A stretch of 55,444 nucleotides of DNA from Methanobacteriota archaeon (GTDB lineage Archaea; Thermoplasmatota; Poseidoniia; Poseidoniales; Poseidoniaceae): positions 1 through 55,444 of the forward strand of contig JAACCR010000042.1 in the NCBI GenBank assembly GCA_009937205.1, in the 5' to 3' direction. How positions within the stretch are numbered: the stretch's first letter is position 1; every line of letters begins with the position of its first letter. Positions 45,873-54,947 of the stretch are shown one piece after another. The notes beneath the pieces are model-generated. The model saw only the letters and a list, made by a program, of their open reading frames with translations. It made no database searches and was not told the origin of the DNA. The translations under genes were made by a program, and so were the position numbers.

Positions 45873-47252
45873 ATGTCCGGAGACGAGATGACTTCCATCC
45901 TACTGCGGCTCGAAGAGTGTGGCTTAGAACTTAAACAAGCCCAAATCATAGTAGATTTGGCCTCTAATCCCCCTTCTAAGGCTAGCGAAGTTGGAAAAAG
46001 AATCGGCTTGTCAAGAATGGATGCGTACAATTCCTTGCGCAAATTACAGGAGCAGGGTTTGGTCAGAGCAACCCTTGACAAACCAATGAGATTTGCAGGA
46101 AAGACTATCAGTGAAGTTTTCAAGCTATTAATCCATAAGCAAAAGTTAGATTTACAGCGCATGGAAGAGCATTTAGAAGTATTGACAACCGGTCCGGCTG
46201 TGGCCATTATGTCTGTTGAAAGTCATGTAAATGAAGCTACATTTTCTGTCATTAAAGACAGGCATCAAATAATGGCAACATTTGAATCACTCTTAGCAGA
46301 AGCCGAATCTAATGTTTGGCTATTATTCGGAAGATGGGGAATTTTACATTTCCTAAGAGTCGGTGGTAAGAAAGTTCTAGATGATGCCCTAGAGCGCGGT
46401 GTAGAAATCAAAATAGTTGCATGTGTTGATAAAAAGACTGTTAGATTTTTTGATGAATTGTCACCACTGATTGAAATTCGCCATCACGAACAACTTTCAC
46501 TACAAGGCGGATTCATTGATGAGGAATATGGGATCCAATTTGTTTACAGTGAAGATAATCCTACTGGCAGGGGCAAAGAAGATACTGCTCTCTTAATTGA
46601 AAGCCCGGAGTTTTTGAAAGCTCAAAAGGAATTATTGGAAATTCAATGGGCTGCTGCTTCAGCATACTCTGTAGCGCGAGCAAGAATAATCGATGGTGAA
46701 ATGACCGAACCATTGCAATATTCTCTGGGAGAGGGGTCATTTTATGCAAAACTAAGAGATAGTTTGGCCAATGACCTAAGCGGTAATGCGACAACAAAAA
46801 ATTCAACACTTGAAATGAGAAAAAGTGGATTGAAAATTGTTCCACAGAAAAATTCCGAATCACAAGCATTGTCCATGCTGGGTATTGATATAGGCGATCT
46901 ACTACAATCAGTTGGCAACAGAATTGGACGGGAATTAGCACTGAAGTTGAATGATATTGACGATGATAATGAGTTTTGGAATCGTTTGGCAAAGAAGTGG
47001 AAGGGCTTAGGAATGGGTGAACTGATAATTACAGACGCTGGAAATCCTAAAATCACAGTACGTAATGGAAATGCATGTGGCGGAAATCCGGAAGAAAATG
47101 GGATTTTTTGTTTACTTGATGAAGGAATAATTTCAGGCATCATGCAAGAGAGACATGGAGTTGGAGTTATTTCTAACCAACGAGTCTGTACTGACTGTTC
47201 AAACCAAGATTGCTATTATGAAATAGAGTGCAGTATTGAGGAAAAAGCATAG
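45873..47252 (+). CDS. TrmB-family transcriptional regulator with C-terminal V4R-like Cys-rich sensor domain
   Basis: N-terminal wHTH (ASEVGKRIGLSRMDAYNSLRKLQEQGLV), a TrmB_C-like middle region, and a C-terminal GNACGG...CLLDEGIISG...CTDCSNQDCYYEI. Confidence 0.7.
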   Translation: MSGDEMTSILLRLEECGLELKQAQIIVDLASNPPSKASEVGKRIGLSRMDAYNSLRKLQEQGLVRATLDKPMRFAGKTISEVFKLLIHKQKLDLQRMEEHLEVLTTGPAVAIMSVESHVNEATFSVIKDRHQIMATFESLLAEAESNVWLLFGRWGILHFLRVGGKKVLDDALERGVEIKIVACVDKKTVRFFDELSPLIEIRHHEQLSLQGGFIDEEYGIQFVYSEDNPTGRGKEDTALLIESPEFLKAQKELLEIQWAAASAYSVARARIIDGEMTEPLQYSLGEGSFYAKLRDSLANDLSGNATTKNSTLEMRKSGLKIVPQKNSESQALSMLGIDIGDLLQSVGNRIGRELALKLNDIDDDNEFWNRLAKKWKGLGMGELIITDAGNPKITVRNGNACGGNPEENGIFCLLDEGIISGIMQERHGVGVISNQRVCTDCSNQDCYYEIECSIEEKA

Positions 47253-47297
47253 TTCTGCAAGGCGCAGGTTCATAGAGATGGAATGTGAGGCACTAAC

Positions 47298-47678
47298 ATG
47301 GATTGCGGAACTTGTGATACTGTTAGCCCTGTTCAAATGGTCAAACCTGAAGTTGTTGATGTTGCTTTAACCATCTCTGAATCTGCAAAAAACATGCTTT
47401 CTGATGCCTTTGGCGATGATCGTTCACACGCTCTACTAGTAGGCGTATTGAGTGGCGGATGCTCAGGATACATGTATGATTTACAAATTGTTGAGTCAAC
47501 AGACCAAGATTGCCAGGAAATCGCAATCGATGGCTTTAGAGTACTTGTTCCAACAGCTTCTTCACACTTGCTTGATGGTATTGAAATCGACTATGTTGAA
47601 AAATTAATGGGCGGTGGATTCAAAATAAATAATCCAAATGCCGAATCTGCTTGTGGATGCGGCGAATCTTTTTCCTGA
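47298..47678 (+). CDS. Fe-S cluster insertion protein (IscA/ErpA/HesB family)
   Basis: SGGCSGYMY block and the C-terminal CGCGESF. Confidence 0.9.
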   Translation: MDCGTCDTVSPVQMVKPEVVDVALTISESAKNMLSDAFGDDRSHALLVGVLSGGCSGYMYDLQIVESTDQDCQEIAIDGFRVLVPTASSHLLDGIEIDYVEKLMGGGFKINNPNAESACGCGESFS

Positions 47679-47684
47679 GGTGTT

Positions 47685-48395
47685 TTGTTGCCCATAGTGG
47701 CCTTATCGGATGCTTCTCTAACATTATGGAGAGGTGCAGATGTCCTATCATTCATTGATGGATTGTCTACAAACAGAGTCGCTGAACTCGGTAAAGATCA
47801 ATTGATCAGAACTGTATTTACCGACTCTAATGCTAAAATAATTGACTGTTTGACCTTATTTCATATGGGTGATTTTATTGTTGCCGCAGGATATCTACCA
47901 GCTCTTGATAAATTACTAAACCACACTTCAAAGAAAATACTTGGACAAGATGTGGAAATTACTGACATCTCACAACGCAATGATTTGTTTATTGAATTCG
48001 ATTGCGAAAACAAGGTAAATGAAATTGGTACTTTTTCATCTCAAGGTGAAATAACTCGCGGCAATATTGCCAGTAATTATTCATTACTAGTTGCCAGCAA
48101 AGGTAACGGACCATCTAGCAGTGATGATTTTACAGAATTTAATCAATGGAGAATTGCAAATAAGATTCCATGGAATGGTTATGAGATTACTAATTCCTTC
48201 CATCCCTTTGCATGTGGACTTGAGGAATTAGTTCATCAGCAAAAGGGATGCTATATTGGACAAGAAATACTTGCTAGGATGCGTTCTCGAGGAAGGCAGG
48301 GTAAAGTGCTTAGCCAAGTTGAAACAATGTCCTGTAAACCTGCAAATATCACTACTAAGGGTGATATGCAATCGCTTGCAGTTATTAGAAGTTGA
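47685..48395 (+). CDS. ygfZ: YgfZ/CAF17-type folate-binding protein
   Basis: KGCYIGQEILARMRSRG signature. A TTG start at 47685 or 47688 is preceded by GAGGTG, and there is no early ATG. Confidence 0.75.
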   Translation: MLPIVALSDASLTLWRGADVLSFIDGLSTNRVAELGKDQLIRTVFTDSNAKIIDCLTLFHMGDFIVAAGYLPALDKLLNHTSKKILGQDVEITDISQRNDLFIEFDCENKVNEIGTFSSQGEITRGNIASNYSLLVASKGNGPSSSDDFTEFNQWRIANKIPWNGYEITNSFHPFACGLEELVHQQKGCYIGQEILARMRSRGRQGKVLSQVETMSCKPANITTKGDMQSLAVIRS

Positions 48396-48396
48396 A

Positions 48397-49335
48397 TCAA
48401 TAACCGAGGATATCAACAAGTTGACTCTTGTAGAAGTTAGCAGATCCATGTAAAGATTCCATCTCGGACTCAGTTAATTCTAATTCAAATATTTTCTCAA
48501 CACCATTAGCACCAATAATACAAGGAACTCCAATGTAAATATTTTCTAATCCATATTCACCAGATAGGTGGCAGGATGCTGGAATGACTCGCTTACGGTC
48601 ATTAAGAACAGATTCTGCCATAATTGCTGCTGCTGAACCTGGTGCATAGAATGCTGAACCACGTTCTAATAATTTGACAATTTCTCCACCGCCCTTTGCA
48701 GTACGGTCACTAATTGCTGCAATTGTTTCCTCACTCATCAACTGAGTTATTGGAATTCCACCAACAGTGGTATACTTTGGAAGAGGGACCATTGTATCTC
48801 CATGACCTCCAAGAACCATAGGTGACACATCTTCTTCCGCGCAGCCAAGTTCAAGTGCAATAAAATGTGCCATTCTTGCGCTGTCAAGAACTCCTGCTTG
48901 TCCAATTACACGCTCGGTAGGGAATCCTGTAACTTGTTGCATGTGGTATGTCATCAAATCAAGTGGGTTGGTGATCATGATGATTACTGCATCAGGTGCA
49001 TGTTCACGAATTCCTGTTCCAACTTGCTTAACAATATCAGCGTTTTTGCCGATTAGATCTTCTCTTGACATTCCAGGTTGCCTTGGGAAACCAGATGTAA
49101 CAACAATAACTTCTGAATTGGCAATATCTGCATAATCTGCAGTACCGGTAATTGTTCCATTATAGTTCAAAACATTGGCGTTTTGGCTCATATCTAGTGC
49201 TTTTCCTTTTGCAAATCCTTCATAGATATCTAGCAAAACAATGTCTGCTATTTTCATCTGTGCTAATACGAATGCACAAGTTGCACCGACATTTCCTGCT
49301 CCAATAACTGCGATTTTTCTTCGTCCATTAGCCAT
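48397..49335 (-). CDS. mdh: malate dehydrogenase (LDH-like family)
   Basis: KIAVIGAGNVG Rossmann motif, the PRQPGMSREDL substrate loop, and GGHGDTMVP. Confidence 0.9.
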   Translation of the reverse strand: MANGRRKIAVIGAGNVGATCAFVLAQMKIADIVLLDIYEGFAKGKALDMSQNANVLNYNGTITGTADYADIANSEVIVVTSGFPRQPGMSREDLIGKNADIVKQVGTGIREHAPDAVIIMITNPLDLMTYHMQQVTGFPTERVIGQAGVLDSARMAHFIALELGCAEEDVSPMVLGGHGDTMVPLPKYTTVGGIPITQLMSEETIAAISDRTAKGGGEIVKLLERGSAFYAPGSAAAIMAESVLNDRKRVIPASCHLSGEYGLENIYIGVPCIIGANGVEKIFELELTESEMESLHGSANFYKSQLVDILGY

Positions 49336-49561
49336 AGTGAATCACTTGCCTAATCTTGCCCAAAACTCCGACCTCCATAAGTATGATTGTCTAAAATAGT
49401 TACACTCATAATTATTAAATTATATAAAAAAAGTCAATAACTTTTCAATATATCACCAGAACAAATTGACCATTAAAAGCGCGTTATCTAAAAACCCCCT
49501 TCTATTGCCCTCAAACATCCTGAATGTACATCGTGCGGGATTTGGCAATTTTGGTGATAAT

Positions 49562-50725
49562 ATGAAACTCGGAGTACCCATGGAACTTGAAGGTGAAACA
49601 CGCGTTGGAATTGTTCCTGGAAGTGTTAAGAAATTATTGAAGGCAGGATTTGAAGTTCTTGTTGAAAAAGGTTCAGGAGAGTCTGCCAATTATTTGGATT
49701 CTGAATATGAAAGTGCTGGTGCAACCATTACTACTCGTGCTGAAGTACTATCATGCCCAAACATCGTTTGTATTAGATTCCCTGGTGTTGAAGGTATTTC
49801 TAAAGGCGCAAATCTAACTTGCGTATCAGATCCTTTTAGATGCCCAGAAAATGTTAGAGCATGTATGGATTCTGGAATCACATTACTATCGATGGACATG
49901 ATTCCTCGTAGACTTTCACGTGCACAATCAATGGATGTCAATTCAAGTCAAGATAATCTTGCAGGATACAAAGCTGTGTTAATCGGCGCTGCAAAAACGC
50001 CGAGAGGAATACCGATGATGACAACCTCTGCTGGAACAGTGCGTCCGGCTAAAGTTGTAATTATGGGCAGCGGTGTTGCTGGATTACAAGCAATCGCTAC
50101 CGCAAAGAGACTAGGTGCTGTTGTTTATGCATCGGATGTAAGAAAGTCTGCTGCTGAGCAAATAGAATCTGTTGGAGGCCGATTCATCGAAGTTGATGGA
50201 ATGGATGACTTTGAAGATGAATCTGGTTATGCTAAACCTCTGACCCCTGAATTTATTCAGAAGGTAAACGATACTGTATGTGGAGTTGCTTCCGATGCTG
50301 ATATAATTGTGACAACCGCAAGGATATTTGGAAGACCTGCACCGATCACAGTACCTTCATCAGCAGTTGCAAATTTCAAGTCTGGAGCAGTTGTAGTTGA
50401 CATGAATGCTGATGTAGGCGGCAACTGTGAAGACACTGTTGCTGGAGAAGTAATCACTACTAGCAATGGCGTAATAATTGTAGGAACTGCTAATCTACCA
50501 GGCACCTTAGCAAATACAGCAAGCATGTTGTATTCAAATAATCTAACTACTTTCATGACTTCATTAGTGAAGGAAGGAGAAGTAGTAATTGGTGAAGATG
50601 ATGATGTTCTTGTTGGAGCACCAGAAGGTTCAGACTTCCACATTGGTGGAATGGGTGGCGTCCTAATTTGCAAAGATGGGGAAATCCATCCTAAGCAATC
50701 ACGCTTAGCAGGGGTGGTTCAATGA
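49562..50725 (+). CDS. pntA: NAD(P) transhydrogenase subunit alpha, part 1
   Basis: ATG at 49562 (MKLGVPMELEGETRVGIVPGSV). VIMGSGVAGLQAIATAKRLGA dinucleotide fold. Confidence 0.9.
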   Translation: MKLGVPMELEGETRVGIVPGSVKKLLKAGFEVLVEKGSGESANYLDSEYESAGATITTRAEVLSCPNIVCIRFPGVEGISKGANLTCVSDPFRCPENVRACMDSGITLLSMDMIPRRLSRAQSMDVNSSQDNLAGYKAVLIGAAKTPRGIPMMTTSAGTVRPAKVVIMGSGVAGLQAIATAKRLGAVVYASDVRKSAAEQIESVGGRFIEVDGMDDFEDESGYAKPLTPEFIQKVNDTVCGVASDADIIVTTARIFGRPAPITVPSSAVANFKSGAVVVDMNADVGGNCEDTVAGEVITTSNGVIIVGTANLPGTLANTASMLYSNNLTTFMTSLVKEGEVVIGEDDDVLVGAPEGSDFHIGGMGGVLICKDGEIHPKQSRLAGVVQ

Positions 50726-51033
50726 GTCCAGAATTATTAATCGGTAGCATTACATTATTCGTATTGGCAATTTTCCTTGGTGTTGAATTAATCACCAAAG
50801 TTCCTGCTACATTGCACACTCCATTGATGAGTGGTGCAAATGCAATATCTGGAATTAGTATTGTAGGCGCACTAATTGGTGCAAATGTTGCTTATTCTGG
50901 TGGAAATACCGCCATATCTGGAATATTATCATTCGTAGCAGTAGTTCTGGCTATGATCAATGTAGTTGGCGGATTTGCAGTAACCAATCGTATGTTAAAT
51001 ATGATTGCTGGAAAGAAGAGAAGAGGTGCTTAA
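50722..51033 (+). CDS. pntA: NAD(P) transhydrogenase subunit alpha, part 2 (membrane)
   Basis: 103 aa with 3-4 TM helices. ATGA overlap with the part 1 gene. Confidence 0.85.
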   Translation: MSPELLIGSITLFVLAIFLGVELITKVPATLHTPLMSGANAISGISIVGALIGANVAYSGGNTAISGILSFVAVVLAMINVVGGFAVTNRMLNMIAGKKRRGA

Positions 51034-51034
51034 G

Positions 51035-52471
51035 ATGTCTGCAATACTTGACTTTATGAGCAACTGGATTTCTGTTGGTTATCTGTTTTCTGCAATTCTA
51101 TTCATTATGGGATTGAAGAAGTTAGGTCATCCTAGAACTGCTCCGCGAGGCAATCAATTAGGCGCCCTAGGAATGCTTGTTGCTGTTGTTGTCACCGTTG
51201 CGAGTATGCAACTTGAAGGTGGAGCTCAATGGACTCTGATCATTGCTGGAATGGCTATTGGTTCACTTATTGGATATTGGATGGCTGTAAGGGTCGAAAT
51301 GACTGGAATGCCTGAAATGGTCGCACTGTTCAATGGATTTGGAGGTGCGGCAAGTGCATTGGTTGCATTATCTGAAACATGGAAGTATATCGATGGTGGA
51401 GCCGTACCTGCAGGTCTTGAATTGACTGTGACTATGGTTGCTGCAGGACTATCCGCTCTAGTTGGATGGATGACATTGACCGGTTCATTATTGGCAATGT
51501 ACAAACTCAAAGGTGGAGTTGAAATATTTGGCAAGTGGATAAAGACACCCACTTGGGGTCCTGCTTGGCTAAATCCAGTAAAAGTGATACTGGTAATCTC
51601 GGTTGCAGTATTAATTTACATGAGTATTTTGGAACCTGGTAATTCAGATTACCTATGGGCAATTATTGGAATTTCATGTGTTCTTGGAATTATCTTAGTT
51701 CTACCAATTGGTGGAGCTGATATGCCAGTTGTTGTTTCACTACTAAACTCACTATCTGGAATCGCTGCAGCATTCACAGGATTTATTTTCTCAAACTCAG
51801 TACTGATAGTCGCTGGTTCGCTAGTGGGTGCTTCGGGAATCATTCTAACATTCATTATGTGTAAAGCAATGAATCGAAGATTGATTGATGTGTTGTTCAA
51901 GTCCTTTGGAGGAAGTGGTGAAAAAGCAGATTTAACTCGCACAAAGGTAGGTTCGGATGCTGATGAAGTTGCAATGATGATCGATGGTGCGCAAAAAGTA
52001 ATAATTATTCCAGGATATGGAATGGCTGTTTCTCAATGCCAGCATCAAGTCAAAGAATTTGCAGATTTAATCACTGAAAAATATGATACTGAAGTCAAAT
52101 ATGCAATTCATCCTGTTGCAGGTAGAATGCCTGGTCACATGAATGTCCTATTGGCTGAAGCAAATGTTCCCTATGAGCAATTGATTGAAATGGATGAAAT
52201 CAATTCAGAGTTCCCAGATTGTGATGTTGCAGTGGTTATCGGTGCTAATGATACTACTAATCCAGCAGCACGCAGTAGTGAAGGTCCACTTGCAGGTATG
52301 CCAATTATCGATGTTGATGCGGCAAGAACTGTTGTTATCATTAAGCGTTCTTTGAGCGTTGGATATGCCGGAGTTGACAATGATCTATTCTATATGGACA
52401 AGACAATGATGCTATTCGGTGATGGTAAGAAAATGATGACTGCATTGAATAATTCAATCAAAGAAAATTGA
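51035..52471 (+). CDS. pntB: NAD(P) transhydrogenase subunit beta
   Basis: ATG at 51035 behind AGAGGTG. A multi-TM N-terminal half is followed by the IIPGYGMAVSQCQH NADP(H) domain. Confidence 0.9.
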   Translation: MSAILDFMSNWISVGYLFSAILFIMGLKKLGHPRTAPRGNQLGALGMLVAVVVTVASMQLEGGAQWTLIIAGMAIGSLIGYWMAVRVEMTGMPEMVALFNGFGGAASALVALSETWKYIDGGAVPAGLELTVTMVAAGLSALVGWMTLTGSLLAMYKLKGGVEIFGKWIKTPTWGPAWLNPVKVILVISVAVLIYMSILEPGNSDYLWAIIGISCVLGIILVLPIGGADMPVVVSLLNSLSGIAAAFTGFIFSNSVLIVAGSLVGASGIILTFIMCKAMNRRLIDVLFKSFGGSGEKADLTRTKVGSDADEVAMMIDGAQKVIIIPGYGMAVSQCQHQVKEFADLITEKYDTEVKYAIHPVAGRMPGHMNVLLAEANVPYEQLIEMDEINSEFPDCDVAVVIGANDTTNPAARSSEGPLAGMPIIDVDAARTVVIIKRSLSVGYAGVDNDLFYMDKTMMLFGDGKKMMTALNNSIKEN

Positions 52472-52572
52472 TTGCTTAGTCATAATCTTGAAGATAATTA
52501 TTGAACAGTAAAGGCATTGCTTAGAAGTAATGTTCAAAGGGCGAGCGCAGGTGGAGAAGAATAGGTGAGATT

Positions 52573-53529
52573 GTGATATCCAGTCGTGGTCGTTTACTAA
52601 TCGTTTCTTTGATGGCTTTGCTATTCATTGCTCCTGTTCTTGGGATGCCTGCAGGGCCGCCATGGGAAAGCAATGGAAAATTGGTTGTTGAGACTGGATG
52701 TTCATGCCATGGTGGCGGTTCTCCAAACAACAATGTAGTTGTTTCAATCTCTGGTGTCCCTCGTTCATACGATGTAGGACAGAGCTATGACTTCACGATT
52801 TCTTTACAAGATGCCTCTAACCCGTCAGGTGGATTCATGTTATGGGACTACAATGGTGGAACATTAACCCCTGGTGATGGTTCTCAATATGTTGCAGAAG
52901 AACCTGGTGCATTATCTCAGTCATCGCCTGGTAATGATTGGATTGTAACTTGGACTGCTCCTGCCGAAGATACTGGTATAATTGCTTTCCAATTAGTTGG
53001 AAATGCGGTTAACGGCGATGGTTTACCAAACGAAGATGACCACTGGAATATCCTTTCCTTTTCAATCAGTGCACCGGATACCGCAACAAATGATGATGCA
53101 GATGGCCTCGCGTTGAGAACAATCAGTGTTGGAGATTATGACTCGTTATTTGTTGCTGACGTAGACCCTGCGGAATTGGAAGCGGAACGCCAGCAACATA
53201 TTGCAGATCAATACTTTGACAATGGTAATTTGTTTTATTGGACTACACTATCGATTTTGCTAATTGCTGCTGTTTTCCAAGGTGAGTTCTATGAAAGAAA
53301 ATTCGGCGGTGGACCTCCTCATCTCGATAGAAGTTTGGCCATCCCTCAAGGTATTCGCAGAGGTGTAGTTTCAATATTACTAACCGCATTATTCGCATTC
53401 ACAATACGTGAAGGATTCACCTATGGCTATCCACTCGTTGTCGGAATGTTGGCTCTTTGGGCCATATTCGGAGTTTATAGAACAATAGTTCAAGCTCGTG
53501 CAGAAAAGAAATATACTGACCTCATTTGA
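52573..53529 (+). CDS. hypothetical exported beta-rich domain protein with three C-terminal TM helices
   Basis: GTG start behind AGGTGAG. Signal-like LLIVSLMALLFIAPVLG. An external domain of about 180 aa carries GCSCHGGG. Hydrophobic helices lie near the C-terminus. Confidence 0.5.
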   Translation: MISSRGRLLIVSLMALLFIAPVLGMPAGPPWESNGKLVVETGCSCHGGGSPNNNVVVSISGVPRSYDVGQSYDFTISLQDASNPSGGFMLWDYNGGTLTPGDGSQYVAEEPGALSQSSPGNDWIVTWTAPAEDTGIIAFQLVGNAVNGDGLPNEDDHWNILSFSISAPDTATNDDADGLALRTISVGDYDSLFVADVDPAELEAERQQHIADQYFDNGNLFYWTTLSILLIAAVFQGEFYERKFGGGPPHLDRSLAIPQGIRRGVVSILLTALFAFTIREGFTYGYPLVVGMLALWAIFGVYRTIVQARAEKKYTDLI

Positions 53530-53570
53530 GGCACTCACCTTCCATTTGTTTAATGGTTTGAGGTAATCAT

Positions 53571-54899
53571 ATGTCTTTGTTATTAGAGACCGATAAGGAC
53601 AACACAGTCAATTCTCATATGGATGAATTCGCTAATAGGATGACCTTAGTGTTAGTTTCATCACTAATTTTCACTGCGATATGGATGAATTGGATCGATT
53701 CGATTCTAAGTCAGTTATTACAAATAATGCAACCATGTACATCTGACTGTCTAAATCTCTATGACCCTGCCAGATGGAGCGCTGTCAGGTGGCTATCTGC
53801 AACATTATTGGGTATCTTATCTTCAATTCCAATATTTATTTATCAATCATATTCATTCGCAAAACCAGGACTACTACCCAGTGAGAAAAAGTGGTTCTTA
53901 TATTGGGTAATAGGTGGCTCAATAGGTATTTTATCAGTAATGTCAATTACCATTTTGTGGATTGTACCAAGAGTATTTTCATTTGGCCATGCAAGCAATA
54001 TCGGAATGGGCTTCGCTACGATGTATGATGCGCCATTAATGTTACAATTTGCTATATCATTAGTTTGGGCACAAATGCTGATTGTTATTGCAGGATTGGC
54101 AATGGTAATTGCAGGTTTAACTGGCAATCTTAACCAAAAAACTGCAGATTGGTGGAGACTTAGAGTTCATGGCCTATTAGTAATGTTACTTGCGCTATCT
54201 TTGCCAGAAGTTGGTGGGATGATTGTTTTCAGTATTATCCTATTATCAGTACTTTCAGTGGAATTGATATCTTTAAGATGGACTTCGATGATTCCAAAAG
54301 GCATTAATTCTGGATCCCATGTATATGATTTTGAAGGGGCAAAAAGAAATATCTTAATCGCAGACTGTCGCTGTGATGGTGGATGTGAATCGATTTCTTC
54401 AAAAAGCACTCTTGACCTAAATATTTCAACATATAATGGATTATGTAACAGTAGAAATGAGCGCTTAGAGTTGTTGGATAAAATCAGGGTAGAACGTGTA
54501 ACAGATGTATTTATTTCTGGATGCAATGGTGAACCATTACCACATTTATTCAAGAGTAATTGCCATTCATTAAGTTGTGATGTGAGGGGATTAGAACTTA
54601 TGCAGATTCAATCTTACCGAACCATACCACAGAATCAACTTGGACTCGATGCTGAACTTGCTATTGCTAGCCAAAATAATCCTTGGTTAGTAGAAGATTT
54701 ACCCTTTCGGTTAGTTGAAGTACTGGAAAAGGCATCTCGATTACCCAAGTCAATTGTATTAGATTCAAGAGCAAAGGATAGACGCTGGGGCTTACAACTT
54801 GATTCAGATACTGCATTTCTCAATACATATGGATGTGAAATTGATGGAATCGTAAAGCAGTTGTCAACTCTTGATTTAGATTTAAAAATAATGAATTGA
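53571..54899 (+). CDS. divergent TatC-like membrane protein fused to ~200-aa Cys-rich C-terminal domain
   Basis: Six hydrophobic helices in the TatC layout. HMDEFANRM aligns with HLxELRxR, and IPIFIYQSYSFAKPGLLPSEKKW aligns with P..lyQ.w.F..PgLy..Ek. The C-terminal CRCDGGCES...GCNGE...NCHSLSC part has no match I recognise. Confidence 0.5.
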   Translation: MSLLLETDKDNTVNSHMDEFANRMTLVLVSSLIFTAIWMNWIDSILSQLLQIMQPCTSDCLNLYDPARWSAVRWLSATLLGILSSIPIFIYQSYSFAKPGLLPSEKKWFLYWVIGGSIGILSVMSITILWIVPRVFSFGHASNIGMGFATMYDAPLMLQFAISLVWAQMLIVIAGLAMVIAGLTGNLNQKTADWWRLRVHGLLVMLLALSLPEVGGMIVFSIILLSVLSVELISLRWTSMIPKGINSGSHVYDFEGAKRNILIADCRCDGGCESISSKSTLDLNISTYNGLCNSRNERLELLDKIRVERVTDVFISGCNGEPLPHLFKSNCHSLSCDVRGLELMQIQSYRTIPQNQLGLDAELAIASQNNPWLVEDLPFRLVEVLEKASRLPKSIVLDSRAKDRRWGLQLDSDTAFLNTYGCEIDGIVKQLSTLDLDLKIMN

Positions 54900-54947
54900 G
54901 AATCTATTTACACCAACGTTGAAACGATTTGAGCAGTAGGCGATGTC

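Noticed and set aside
52573-52650. SRGRLL in the signal region, considered as a twin-arginine (Tat) motif next to the TatC-like gene.
   Set aside because: The arginines are separated by Gly (R-G-R), so this is not the consecutive RR of the S/T-R-R-x-F-L-K consensus.
52699-52710. C-S-C-H in the exported protein, considered as a c-type haem attachment site.
   Set aside because: The spacing is CxCH, not CxxCH or a longer known variant, and no other cytochrome features were seen.
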